Notes: generated by a model not told the origin, from the sequence alone. A stretch of 64,000 nucleotides of DNA from Hemiscyllium ocellatum (GCF_020745735.1 NC_083409.1:24014048-24078047), one strand, 5' to 3'; numbered from the stretch's first letter, positions 12,030 to 24,796 are shown. Numbers and translations: made by a program.

Positions 12030-13630
12030 TATGCTTGATCGCCTTTCCAATCAGGAATCTATCAATGTCTGTCCTAAATACACTCAATGACTTCACCTCC
12101 ACAGCAATGAGTTCCACAGATTAACCACCCTCTGGCAGAAGAAATTCCCCTCATCACAGTCCTAATGGGTTATCCCTTACCACGGTGGCTGTGCCCTCTG
12201 GTCCGAGTTTCTCTTACTAGTGAAAATATCTTCTCCCCACCCACTCTATCCAGGCCTCTCAGTATTCTGTAAGTGTCAATGTGATCTCCCCATGTCCTTC
12301 TGAACTCCATCAATTACACATCCAGAGTTCTCAACCGCTCCTCATCAGACCAGGCTGTCACCCCCAGGGTCATTCTTATAAACCTCCTCTGGATCTCCTC
12401 TAATACAAGCACATCCCTCCTTAGATACAGGTCCCAAAACTGTTCACAATATTCCAAATGCAGTCTGGCCAGAGTCTCATACAGCTTCAGCAGGACATAC
12501 CTGCTCGTATATTCTAACTCAGTTGAAATGAATGCTCACATTGCATTTGTCTTCCTAATTGCCAACTGAACCTACATATTAACCTTAAGACAAACCTGAA
12601 CGAGGCCTCCTAAGCCACTTTGTGTTTCAGGATTCCAAATTTCCCCATTTAGGAAACAGTTTGAGCCTCTATTCTTCCAACCAAGCTGCATAACCTCACA
12701 CATTCCCATATTGTATTCAATCTGCCACTCCTTTGCCCAATCTCTGAGCCTTTCCAAGTCCTTCTGCAGCCTCCCTGCTTCCTCAACTCTCCCTGTGCCC
12801 CCCCCTCATCTTTGTGTTATCAGCAAATTTAAGAACAATGCCCTCAGTTCCTTTTCCCAGATTGTTAATATATAATTAATTGTTACATGAATAGCTGAGG
12901 TCCCAACACTGCCCCATGCTGAACTGCACTAGGCACCAGTTGCTATTCTGCAAAAGATCCATTTATTTCCACTCTCGATCCGTGTCAGGACCGGGCCCCA
13001 ACCCCCATAGGCTCTTATGTTATTTAGCAGCCTCCTGTGTGGCAACTTGTCAAAGGCCTTCTGGAAATCCAAATAGATCATGTCCATTGGCTCTCCTTTG
13101 TCTAACTTGCTCATTTACTCCTCTTATTACATAGTATTCCAGCTTCTCCCTCTCAAACTGCAGGGTGAATTCTATCATATCGTTGTCACTACCCCCTCAG
13201 GGTTCACTCACCTTCAGCTCCCCAATCAGAGCTACCTCATTACACATTAACAAATCCAGAATTACCTGTTTCTTAGTGGCTCTACCACAAACTGCTCCAA
13301 AAAAAGCCTCTCGTAGACATTCCATGAATTCCTTTCCTTGAGATCCATTCCCAACCTGCATATTGCAGTCCCCATGATTATTGTTATAATCCCTTTCTTA
13401 CATGCCTCTTCGATCTCCTGATTTATTTTCTGACCCACATCCTGACTACTGCACGGAGGCTGGTACATCACTCCCATCAGGGGCTTTGTTCCTTTGTGGT
13501 TTCTTAAGTTCACACACACAGATTCTATGCATTCCCACTCAATATTTCTTCTTGCTGTCGATGTAAATTCAGTTCTTCCTGACAGTATAAACTTTCTCCT
13601 CCCACGCCCCACCCCCACACCCCTCACACA
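12030..13630 (-). mobile_element. CR1 LINE fragments (internally deleted)
   Basis: Minus-strand YLDFQKAFDKLPHRRLL, ..ESVCVNLRNHKG and a CR1-type 3' tail near 12030-12300. Confidence 0.75.
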
Positions 13631-13649
13631 TCTACCTATCATTAGAAAC

Positions 13650-15330
13650 ATGGAAACATAGAAAATAGCTGCAGGAACAGGCTATTCAGCCCTTCGAGCC
13701 TGCACCACCGTTCAATATGATCATGGCTGATTATGCAATCTCAGTTTCCCATTCCCACTTTCCCCCAATACCCATAAATCCCTTCATCCTCAAGGACCAT
13801 GTCCCTCTTGATATATATCTAACAAACTGGCCCCACCAGCTTTCTGTGGTAGAGAATTCCACAGGTTCACAACATCTGAATAACTTAACCTTTAATCTTA
13901 GACAGTGACCCCTGGTCCTGAACTTTCCTAATGTTGGGAACATTCTTCCAGCATCGACCCTGTCAAATCCCATTAGGAATTTATATGTTTCTGTGAGATT
14001 CCTCTCATTCTTCTAAATCCCAGTGAGTACAAGCCCAGTCGATCCAGTCTTTCCTCATATGTCAGTCCTGCCATCCCGGGAATCAGTCTGGTGAACCTTC
14101 GCTGGATTCCCTCAATAGCAAGAATGTCCTTCCTCAGACTAGGAGACCAAACCTTCACACAATACTCAAGGTGAGGCCTCATCAAGGCCCTGTATAAATC
14201 TACAAGACATCCTTACTCCAATACACTGTGAAGGCCAACATGCCATTAGCTTTCCTCACTGCCTGCTGCACCTGCATGCCCCCTTTCAATGACACCCAGC
14301 TCTCACTGCACCTCACCTTTTCCTAAACGTCCACCATTCATTCATAATCTGTTTACCACGAAAGTGGATCATCCCACATTTATCCACATTATGTTGCACT
14401 TGCCAAGTATATGCCCACTCAGCCAGCCTGTCCAAGTCACCCTGCAGCCTCTTAGCATCCTCCTCACAACATACATTGCCACCCAGCTTCATGTCATCTG
14501 CAAGTTTGTAGGGATTGCATTCAATTCCTTTGTCCATATCATTTATGTATGTTGTGAACAGCTGCGGTCCCAGCACTGAACCCTGTGGTACCCCACTCAT
14601 CACTGCCTGCCACTCTGAAAGGGACCCATTTATTCCAACTCTCTGCTTTCTATCTGGAAACGAGCTCTCTCTCCATGTCAATACATTACATCGAATACCG
14701 TGGGGTTTAATGTAAGTCACTAATCTCTTGTTTGGGACCTTGTCAAAAGCCTTTTGAAAGTCCAAATACACACTGTCCACTGAGTTCCGAGGTAGGGTCA
14801 CTCAATTAAAAACACTAACTTCAATTGCTGTCCACAGATGCTGCCAGACCTGCTGAACTTTTTCATCAATTTTTGTTTTCCTTGTCCACTGATTCAGCCT
14901 TGTCCACTCTCTACTGATCACACCCTCAAAAACTTCCAGGAGATGTGTCAGCCCTAATTTCCCTTTTGTAAATCCATGCTGACTTGGACCGTTCCTGCCA
15001 CTGCTTTCCAAATGCTCAGTTATTGTATCTTTAATAACTAACTCCAGCATTTTCCTCATGTGTAATTCCTCATTTTCACTCTCGTTCCTGTTATTAAAAA
15101 GTGGGGTTATATTAGACACTGTCTAGTCCATTGGAACTCTGTCAGAGTTTACAGAATGCTGGAAAATGATCACCAATGTGTCCACTATTTCTAGACTCAC
15201 TTTCTTAAGGACTCTGGGATGCAGATTATCAGGCCCTGGGGACTTATCAAGTCTTGACAGCATCAGCTTCTCCAAGACCATTTCCTGACTAACAAGGATT
15301 ACCTTCAGTTCCTCCTTCACATTTGACCGT
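13650..15330 (-). mobile_element. CR1 LINE 3' half
   Basis: ORF 14313-14801 contains YLDFQKAFDKVP, SGVPQGSVLGPQLFTTYIND and KLADDMKLGG (RT core). ORF 13973-14185 gives the C-terminus, and the tail lies at 13650-13760. Confidence 0.9.
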
Positions 15331-15513
15331 CTATCCCCTTGCATTTCCTTTCAATAAGATGTGTATCCTTGGATATTTAGTTCCCAGCCCTGATCCCCTT
15401 GCAGCCACGTCCCTGCGCTACAGGCTCATTTACCTTGTTTCATATACTCAATGCATCGAAGTACAACACCTGCAGTGGTGCATTGACTATCTCCTTCTCA
15501 TACTTATCTCCTT

Positions 15514-15763
15514 TAGAATTCATAGAATCCCTACAGTGTGGAGGCAGGCCATTCAGCCCAGACTGACCCTCCAAAAAACATCCCACCACCCTATAATTCC
15601 CATGGATAATCCTCCTAACCTACACATCTTTGTGACAATGGGAGGAAACCCAAGTCGACACTGGGAGAATGTGTAAACTCCACACAGACAGTCAGTTGGA
15701 ATTGAGTCTGTGTCTGCGGAGCTGTGAGACAGCAGTGCTAACCACTGATCCACCATTCCACCC
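15514..15763 (-). mobile_element. HE1-like SINE
   Basis: Reverse complement of the SINE at 38297-38608 (cagtggttagcactgctg..gagtttacacattctccc..ctgtagggattctatg). Confidence 0.8.
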
Positions 15764-17099
15764 TGCGGGGCCGCAAGTTCCCTTCCTCATCCTTTCCATA
15801 CTCTCGATCCTATTACTTGATCCGGGTGCTTTAATAAAGTGTCCTGAGCCCTACCTTCTTTAATTAGTTTAAATTCCTTGAAACTTGATTTATCTTGGTT
15901 TGTGTGGTACCACTTTGTCGACCATATTCCGAATGGGTCATGCACTCAGAGACAAAGCCTTTAAGCTTGTTCTATAGTGAGCTTCCCTGCACTTTTAAGT
16001 TTTGTCAGTACAATATGACATTCACAACGCTCTGTCCCTTTCCTTTTATTTCCTGGTAACAATGAATCCCATCACTAACCAGCAATCCTCCCTTCTCCTT
16101 TAACTTTCATTTTTCTCATTTTCCATCCAACTGTTCCAGTTACTTTCTCTTTGAATGGTATTCAGGCTGATATTTATCCCTGAACAAACATCACTCAAAA
16201 TGTTCCTTGGTTCATTGTTGCTTGTGGGATCTTGCTGTGTATAAACTGGCTTCCACATTTCCTACATTACAACAGTGGCCATATTTCAAACAAGTCCCGC
16301 ACTGTCTGCAAATGTCTTGGGGACAGCATGAATCTTTCTTTTCATTGGATGAACTGGGAGTCTTTCAGATGTGAAAGATGCCGTTCCAATGTTGCACAGT
16401 CCTCCTCCTGAACTACAGTTCCTGCTTTGTCCCTCTCTTTTGTGAAAACAGACCGGAAGTTTTCATGAGGAACCATTGCTCCATCTTCCACCCCCACACA
16501 CAAGTTCCCTTCCTGCTCTCGAATGGGCCTCATACATTCCTTCATTCTCTTGTTCTTTCTGTGATTATCAACATCACTGGGATTTCCTTGATGACATTTG
16601 ATACATTTCATCCTGTCAGCTCTTTGCTTTCCTCAGGTCCTAGTAAATCTCACCCCTGCATTTTGTCTTTCAGCTTACTTTGACCCAATCCCTGACCTGT
16701 TTAGTAAAATGGTTTATTCCCAAATAAAAACTTTTACACTTGCTCCGTGGTTCTCCATTTCCATCCCTACTCTCAATCTCACTGAGTTCTGATCACTGTC
16801 ACTGATATGCTCCCCCATTGATAGCCCTTCCAGCTGCCCACATTCATTCCATAAATGATGGTCCAAAACAGTCCCTTCTCTTTCACCTTCACTTTCTCAG
16901 CGGCGATTAGGGATGGGCAATAAATGCTTGCCCTGCCAGTGACTCACATCCCAAGAAACAATTTTAAAAGGCCCTGTACTTTTATGGGGTTTCTTAGGTA
17001 TTGAATACAAATGTTCAAATGGATTGTTTTGCCAGTGAATATTCAGAGTTGAAATCCCTTTAAATGGCAGGGATTAAAATTGTTTCTTTTGTCTTTCAG

Positions 17100-17428
17100 G
17101 CCGTGATAACTCTCAGCCCAAGCTGACCCTGCTGCCCCCCTCCCCGGAGCAGGTCAATGTTAAGGGCACTGTTACCCTGGTGTGCCTTGCCAATCACTTC
17201 TATCCCGATGAGCTGGAGGTGCAGTGGAAGAAGGACGGTGCAGTCATTTCGGACGGGGTTCAGACCAGCAACTACCTGCGAGCTTCGGACAGCACCTACA
17301 GTGTCAACAGCCTGCTGACCCTCTCTGGGTCTGACTGGGAGTCCAATGCTCGCTTCTCCTGTGCCCTCACCCACATGACCCTCCCTTCTCCCCTCAGCAA
17401 GAGCATCAGGAGATCAGAATGTGTGTAA
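17100..17428 (+). CDS. IGKC: Ig kappa-class constant exon, intact
   Basis: Acceptor ttgtctttcag|gc at 17099/17100, in phase with J. Encodes (S)RDNSQPKLTLLPPSPEQVNVKGTVTLVCLANHFYPDELEVQWKKDG..FSCALTHMTLPSPLSKSIRRSECV*. Both intradomain Cys and the penultimate interchain Cys are present. Confidence 0.96.
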
Positions 17429-17940
17429 ATGTTGGAGACAGTCCACAACTTTAAATAGGACAGGGCTGAGCTGGCAGGACAAAGGTTATTGTCAGCACTG
17501 AATTTCAATTCTCTTCCTTCTTGAGAATGGTTCAGAGACACTTCTGAGGTTCAAGGGTTAAGGCAGGTCTTTGGGATCATCAAAAACAAGCTTTACTCTG
17601 TATCAAACCCCATGCTGAGCCTGTTTTAGGAGTGTTGATTGGGCAGTGAAGACTAGTGATGCCAAGTAAAACCTCTCGAAGATGCGGAAAACTGTCAGCT
17701 GTACAAAACAATGTGAACCTCAGAAGTCTCTGCTTCAGTAAACCAGATCTCCTTCCTGCTCAGCTACCAGTTCCAATTTAAGCTTCTGTCACTGGTTAAA
17801 GGGACAGGATTCTTATGTTATTGAGAAAACCTCCACAAGTGTTTTCCTTAAGCTCCATTGTGGCTGTGAATTTGTGCAGCTTCCTCTGTCTGGGCTGTTA
17901 TTTGCTGACTGTTTTCTGTCAATGTCAACCTGGAAAAGGG

Positions 17941-17946
17941 AATAAA
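17941..17946 (+). terminator. Probable polyadenylation signal of the IgL transcript
   Basis: AATAAA about 510 nt after the stop, followed by a GT-rich stretch, and conserved in the duplicate (28428-28433). Confidence 0.7.
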
Positions 17947-19260
17947 GATGAAAAAGAGTCAGTCTCTGTCTCGTGTGTGCTTTGGAAATGGCCAGAGCTG
18001 AAACCTCAGGGAAAGGTGTGTGAAGTGTTAACCTCCAACTTCAAGGCCTGGAACAAGAGGGGAAGATTGGAGGGGGTAATGAGGTCCCTGGAACAGGAGG
18101 GCAATTCTACAACTGTGTCCAGAAGGGTTTCTTTCAGAAAGAATGCAGGGCCCCAACGAATTCTTTCCCAATAAATGGAGAAAAGAAGAAAGGCAGGAAG
18201 GGACACTGGGGAACACAATAATCTGATGGAAATTCCCTCACCCATCCCTTAGGCACAATAAGATCCCAGGCCAAATAATTCAACTCAACTGTTTGTGAGC
18301 CAGTGCCATTGGGAACCCTGTATTTATGAATATGACCAGCAGGCTCTTGTTACTCAGAATAACAATTCTACAGGGTTTGAGAAATACATATTCCATAAAT
18401 TAGACCTGGGTTTTCTTTCCTCTTCAAATGAGATGGAATTGCCCCGTGTGTCCCTGGGGTCAGATTGAGAATGTTCAATCCAGGGGCATCTGGGAGTAAC
18501 GGCTGGGGAGGACCATCATTTATAAACCTTCTGCTGTCATATTCTGTAGCCCCTGGGCCAGCTCAGTGAGGATCACCCAGGGCTCAGGGTGGATTCCAGA
18601 GCAGCTCATTGTCCTGACTGTTGTGTTCCTCAGTCTACACGTGGCTCCAGCAATCTCACTCCATGGCTCTCGTATCAGTGGGAACCATGGGGCTGAAATC
18701 TTATCCAAACAGACCCTCACACAGCGGGGAGGCTGCTGGGGGCTCAGAAACCCCTTGGATTCAGTCCCAGATTCCACTGCGGCTCTTTCATCAAACACAG
18801 CATTAGCACACTGACACCACATTCAGAGGGCAATCCTGAGATGGGGCAAGTTTGGTTCTTGATTCCAATGTGAGGAAATGGGGGCTGGGTGTGAAATGTC
18901 TAGTCTGAAACTGGTGGGGGTACTTTATAATGAATAATAGAAACTGTTGTTAGAATAAAGTCAGGTGTTGATGGGAGTGAGGAATTTCTCAGTGATCTGT
19001 CTCCAGAATCCACAGCTGGTACACATCCTTCTGTCAGACAGAGAAACTTCTCCTTGACATCCTATATTTCTCTATCTTTCCCAGAAAAGGTGAAATATTC
19101 TCAGCCTCTCTGGTACAGGACATTTTAAAAAGGGCTGTGGGAAGGGAACTGTTGACTCTCAGTGACAAAGCCAATGGATGGACGTGGAGCTGGCTCTGTG
19201 AAATGTTAGGGCACAGAGGATGACACCAGAAGCAATTCAATGTTGTCACTCTCTCCTTTG

Positions 19261-19386
19261 AGTAAAAAATGAGGTCTGCAGATGCTGGAGATCACAGCTG
19301 CAAATGTGTTGCTGGTCAAAGCACAGCAGGTTAGGCAGCATCTCAGGCCTAACCTGCTGTGCTTTGACCAGCAACACATTTGCAGC
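19261..19386. mobile_element. 126-bp fold-back PLE-tail insertion
   Basis: Perfect 40-bp inverted repeat (19297-19336 / 19347-19386) with a 10-nt loop. Flanked by the direct repeat actctctcctttg (19248-19260 / 19387-19399). The sequence matches the PLE 3' tails at 24433 and 24797. Confidence 0.85.
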
Positions 19387-19559
19387 ACTCTCTCCTTTGC
19401 AATTGTCAAACTGGTAATAATTGGTTTTCCCTCACAATTTGCTCTCTTGTATTCGATCCACGTGCCTTTCTTGCTTTGCTTCTTTTGACTTCAGTCTGTG
19501 GGTAAGTTCCATCAAAGCCCAATCTTCTCACACTCAACCTGGCCCCTGAAGAGATTAGA

Positions 19560-19936
19560 GACAAGAAAAACTGCAAATGCTAGAATCCAAGGTTGACAAG
19601 CAGGAGGCTGGGAGAACACAGCAAACCAGGCAGCATCAGGAGTGCAGATGTCGACGTTTTGGATGTAACCTTTCTTCAGGAAGTAGGGTGGGTGGGTGTT
19701 GGGGGAGCTGCAGATAAAGGGAGTGGCGGGGCAGGGTGGTTAGATGGGGATAGGTGGAGACAGGTAGAGATAGGTGGAGATAGGTGGATTCATCTCTCCC
19801 ATTGACCAATCAGGTCATGCTCTCTATCTTTCTCAACCTATCCCCACCTCACCACCTCACTCCAACCCACCCCTTTATCTGCAAGTCCCCTCACACCTAT
19901 CCCCCCTTCCTGAAGAAGAGTTACGCCTAAAATGTC
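19560..19936. mobile_element. Fold-back PLE terminal-repeat insertion with two decayed hammerhead motifs
   Basis: 19-bp TSD ggcccctgaagagattaga (19541-19559 / 19937-19955). The inverted arm carries CTGAAGA..AAAACGTC on the minus strand (19651-19682) and the direct arm carries CTGAAGA..AAAATGTC (19910-19936). Confidence 0.85.
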
Positions 19937-21689
19937 GGCCCCTGAAGAGATTAGACGAGGTTATTTCACTGAATCAAATCATCGAGCCCATCAATCCTGA
20001 GAACAGATTCCAGCATTGAAGTCATATTTCCTGTTTGCAAATGTAAAGTCTCTCTCAGGCTGAAAGAAGGAAGCCTTCGATTGAGAAATGAGTGAGCTTA
20101 ACCCATATCCTGAACAACAGCACAACAGAATGGAGTAATATAAATCAGAAACAGTATAAATACAGGGCAGCCTAGATACAGCAGCTCGCACTAGGTGCAG
20201 CCAGCACAGAGGGGAATGCTGGGACGTTTGATCAGTGTGGTAGTTTGGCGAACTCAGAGAAGGAGTCTACCTTTGCTTTTCCAACCTGATTTGGAACTGT
20301 CATTTCAGCTGCTGGGAGCCTGCACATGCACTTGGTTTGAATGAAACAAAATGATAAACAAGAAAATAGGAAGCTGGGATTTGTTTAGTTTGAGGGGCTG
20401 TATAAATAGATTGCTTCAGGACATGTCCATTAGGGAAGTTTAATAAATGGAAATTACTGAAACTTCAAAACAGACCAAAGACAATTACTGCTTTAATGAA
20501 GGAATGGATATTTTTCATTTGTAAGTGAGATCAACATTTCTTTATTGCACTGAAATGATTCAGGGTAAATACATCTGTAGTGAATGTATAAAACTACAGG
20601 AACTCCCACTCAGGGAGTTTGGAATGAAGGCTGAATTGAAAAAGCAGTGATACATCAGGGAGTGCCGGAGAGACCTGGAGGATTAGTTCCAGAAGGAAGT
20701 TATAGGCCTCAAGACTAAACAGTTCAATTCCTCGTGTAGTCAGGGGCAGGAGGGTATGACACACGAGGGAAGCAGATGGGGGTTGGAGAATACAGTGGGA
20801 CAGGAAAACCCCTCACTCTTCTAAACCCCACTGAGAACAAGGCCAGCCTTTCCAACCTTTCCTCATCACACAGCCCACTCATACCAGGGATCAATCTGGT
20901 AAAACTCCTGTGAACCACCTCCAATGCATTTATATTCTTCCTTCAATAAGGAGACCAAAACTACACACAATACAGTATTTGAGATGTGATCACACTAATG
21001 TCCAGGAATAACTGAAACATCACAGTCTCACTTTCTGGTCCCAAATCACACCTACTCTTACTTTTACCAGCCTTTTTACTGTCCATCTTTACTTGTCCTG
21101 TGCTGTAGGTAGACCCACAATGTCCTGAGGAAGGGAATTCCAGAATTCTGACCCAGTGATGATATTTCCAAGTTAAACTGGTGAATAGCTTAGAGGGAAC
21201 TTGCTGGGGTGATGTTCCCATTGTATCTTCTGCCCCTGTCCATCTTGATTCTAGTAATCATGGGTTTAGAAGGTGTTCCCTCAGGACTTTTGATGAATTT
21301 ATTGGAGTGCATCTTGTAAATAGAACACACAGATGTTACTGAGTGTTGGTGTGGAGGGAATGGATGTGTGTGGAAATGGTGCCAATCAAGCGGGCTAAAA
21401 TTTGATAAACAAAATTTAAATAAGATAAATAAAACAACTTAAAATGGAAAAAAATAAAATGCTGCTGCTTTTTTGATAAAACATCACTGAACCTCAAAAA
21501 GTTAATTCCTCCTTTCCCCACAGAGGCTGCACCTGTTCCGTTTTTCCAACATCGCGCTTCTATTTGAGATTTGCAGTATTTTGTTTTTGTATTTGTGTTG
21601 ATGCCATTGGTTATAAGAGAAGTATTGGTCAGCACACTGGGGGGGTGGGAGGGGGTGGGGCGGGGGAGGGGTGGAGGGGTGGGTTTTGT

Positions 21690-21830
21690 CTGAGATGATC
21701 AGAAAAGCCTTACATTCACATTAACCTGAGAGGGCAGTGGTTTAACCGATTATCCAGCAGATGGCATCTTTGCCCTTACCAGCCTCTCGTCAGTGCTCCA
21801 GTCTCTGGAGTGAGACATGAAAACCTGCAG
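21690..21830 (-). mobile_element. Deu-domain-type SINE remnant
   Basis: The reverse complement resembles the Deu core (..aagatgccatctgctggataatcggttaaaccactgccc..). Similar remnants occur at about 23010-23260 and 57870-58260. Confidence 0.5.
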
Positions 21831-24432
21831 GTTCAGGTGACGGTGTTACTGAGGCTGTTTATTCTTTCCTGGGATGTGGGTGTCACTGGATTTGTTCTCC
21901 ATCCCTAACTGCCCTGAAACTGAATGGCTTGCTGGGCCTTTCAAATGGCAGGTAAGGGTCAGCCACATTGCTGGAGTCCTGGCAGAGTCAGACATCTGCC
22001 ACAGGTCTACAAGAACAAGGCCCTTTGGCCCAATGAGCCAAAGCCAGTCAAAACCACCACCTCACCATTCTAATTCCATGTTCCAGCATTCGGCCTGTAG
22101 CCCTGTATACCTTGGCATCACAGTTTCACATCGAAATACGTCAATGTTATGGGAGAGTTTCTGCCCCAACCATCCTTACAGGGAGTGAGCCCCAGACTGT
22201 CACCACCCTCCGGGTCAAAATGTGTTTCCTTATGTTCCCTCTTAACATTTGGCCATTTATCTTTAATCTGTGCCTCTCCGGTCATTGATTATAATATAAC
22301 CCCATGTCACCAAGTCTCCCTTATTGACACATGAACTGTAATGCCTCAGAGAGAGTCGGGCACCGGAGGCTTAGGGTTTCTGACACTCAGCCTGTTTATG
22401 TCAGTGAGGATTCTCCCTGTTATATCCTGGCAATGATTTGAGTTTTCCTTGTGAAACCCAGTTGGAAATTTTAATGGCACTGAATTTTCCACACACTCCC
22501 ACCTCTCTTGATGCTCACCCTTCTCTGGTTAATTCTTCCCATTTCCTTCCCCTCTCTGAGTTAATTCCATTTCAGTAAAATCTGTGATAATTCCATGGAG
22601 GATGTGCACGAGAAACTGCCACAGAGAATCTCCCAGCCCTTCAAGATTTGCAGCAAGCCTGGACTGTGCCCTTGTGTACCTTGCCTGAAGGACTCCATGT
22701 GATCTGTCAGCCTCCATCCCAGCCTGATAACCATCTCGGACATTGGAAGGAAATGCCCAAGGAGCAGGTTAACATGGTGCAAAAAGCCTTTCAGCTGAAG
22801 CTTCAGTGTTTACGCTCAGTGTGCATTATCACTTGCTAATTGCTTTCCTTTTACATGATAATGAGGAAAGAACTCTTGGTGCAGTTTTTTTTAATCATCT
22901 CAGGATATTCAAAGCTGTGAGCATAGAGCAGTCACGTTCACGGACAAGATGGTCAGGTCCCACAGGCAGTAAATGAATGACAAAACAAATCTGTTTTGTT
23001 GGCACTAGTTGAATATTGAACAGGACACCCGAGGGAATCTCTTCAGAATGGGATCTTGTCGAGCCCCCTGAGGTGGGGGTGGGGATGGTCGGGTGTGGTG
23101 GTGGTGGAGACTCAAATGATGGTGCCAGAGACTGTGCAACTTTCAGCAGTGCACCACAGTCTCAGCCTGGATTCTGTGTTCTCATTTCTGAGGTGGCTTT
23201 CAATCCGATGACCATTTTGACTATGGGCCAGGAGCATTGCCCATGGAGCCACGGTCAGTAACAATGTAAACTGTGTGGCTCTGAAAGCCTGAGTCTGCAT
23301 CTCAGCTCGGGAGGATATCAGCTCATTCATCAAATCTGTCTCTGCCCCTCTGCAGGCTGACCAGGCTGCCGGTGCCTTTCCAACACTCCCACATTTCCTC
23401 TTGTGTCACAGCTCATTCTGCTGAGGGATAGTTGTGCTCGTGATCGAAAAGTGTGGCGCTGGAAAAGCACAGCAGGTCAGGCAGTTGTGCTCAGGCCGAG
23501 GAACATGACCTTGTCCCTCTGTCAGATCCTCTTCGAGACACTCATGGCTCATTACCGCCCTCTGCAGGACAATTAGGGAAGAGCAACAAGCAAGGATAGA
23601 GATGGAGACGTGGAACTTCAAATACTGATCTTTGCACTTTTGGGGCATGCTTTGATGGCTGTTTTTTAGATCTTTGCGAACGATGTTTTTTTGCTGATCC
23701 CACTGCTAATCCGAAGGACACTCCACCTTGCAGTCTTACAAACCAGATTCACCACCTTGCAGTCTGACAAGCCAGGTTCTCCCATTTCCAGGCTTTGTTT
23801 CTGGGCAAGGCTCCAGTCTTTCAAAGAGATGAATTCAAGCTTCACCAGTTTGATCATTTGAATTGTAAGTCATTTATTTTTATTTCTCCTGGGATGGGGT
23901 AGGCGTTGAGTGTCGGTTATTTGTTGCTCTTCCCAAACTGTCCTGGAGATGGCGATGGTGAACCATGTAATATCTGGGAAGCAACTGACAGGTCATTCCC
24001 ACTGGAATCCACAGGAATGACTGCGGGTTTGTTTGCGGCTAATGGAAGGAGTCGTTACCCAAACTCCTCAGCTGCATTGCAAATACTCTATAGTTACTGG
24101 AAGGCAGCTGTTTCACTGTGCCCGTACAATACAAAGTTGCACACAACACCAGGCTCCAGCTCAAGAGGTTCATTTTAAATCCCAAGTTTTCGAATTGCTG
24201 GTCCTTCGTCAGGTGTCCCCCAGTCCACCATCGGTATCCCCACATTACTGAACAGTACAAATAACTGGGGCTCTGCGAGGATCCAACCGGCTCAATCTGA
24301 GAGTACAGCTCTCGAATCAGGATACCATAATGAAAATGCGCTGCATGCTATGATATATCAAAAAGAAATACATTGATGTGACTTTAGATTGTCTTCAGAT
24401 TGTGCTTTTTTTAATTCTGTGATACATGTAGA

Positions 24433-24563
24433 TTCCTGAAGAAGGACTCATGCCCGAAACATCGATTCTCCTGCTCCCTGGATGCTGCCTGACCTGCTGC
24501 GCTTTTCCAGCAACACATTTTCAGCTCTGATCTCCAGCATCTGCAGTCCTCACTTTCTCCTCT
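24433..24563 (+). mobile_element. 131-bp PLE mini-insertion consisting of a hammerhead motif plus tail
   Basis: 10-bp TSD tacatgtaga (24423-24432 / 24564-24573). It starts ttcCTGAAGAaggactcatgcccGAAAcaTC and continues with the PLE tail ending ..cactttctcc. Confidence 0.8.
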
Positions 24564-24796
24564 TACATGTAGACTATGTCAATATTCAGTATCACAAAGT
24601 ATGTTTCCTCCAGTAAACACTTTCCAACACACCCTGTCCATTCTGCTTTACTCCTCATTGCCTCTTCTACAATTGTCCCTGTTCCCTCACTCCGTCCCAG
24701 TCCCAGAGGAATTGATGGCGGAGTTCATGACCGCGCACTGTGTGAAGGTTGGTGTGAAGTGAGGCCAGTGTGTTGAAGCTTGGGCTCCTGCCTCGG

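Noticed and set aside
11844-12038. AYSVLGFCRVSSADIKKG resembles the start of a DnaJ domain
   Set aside because: No HPD motif or further helices, and the match is too short.
18400-18900. Unique GC-richer stretch 3' of C as a possible 3' enhancer
   Set aside because: Only generic E-box and PU-box hexamers; no composite motif or conservation evidence is available from sequence alone.
23300-23860. Minus-strand stretch with coding-like, coiled-coil-looking peptides
   Set aside because: Frames are broken by stops and a PLE-tail fragment, and no family is recognisable.
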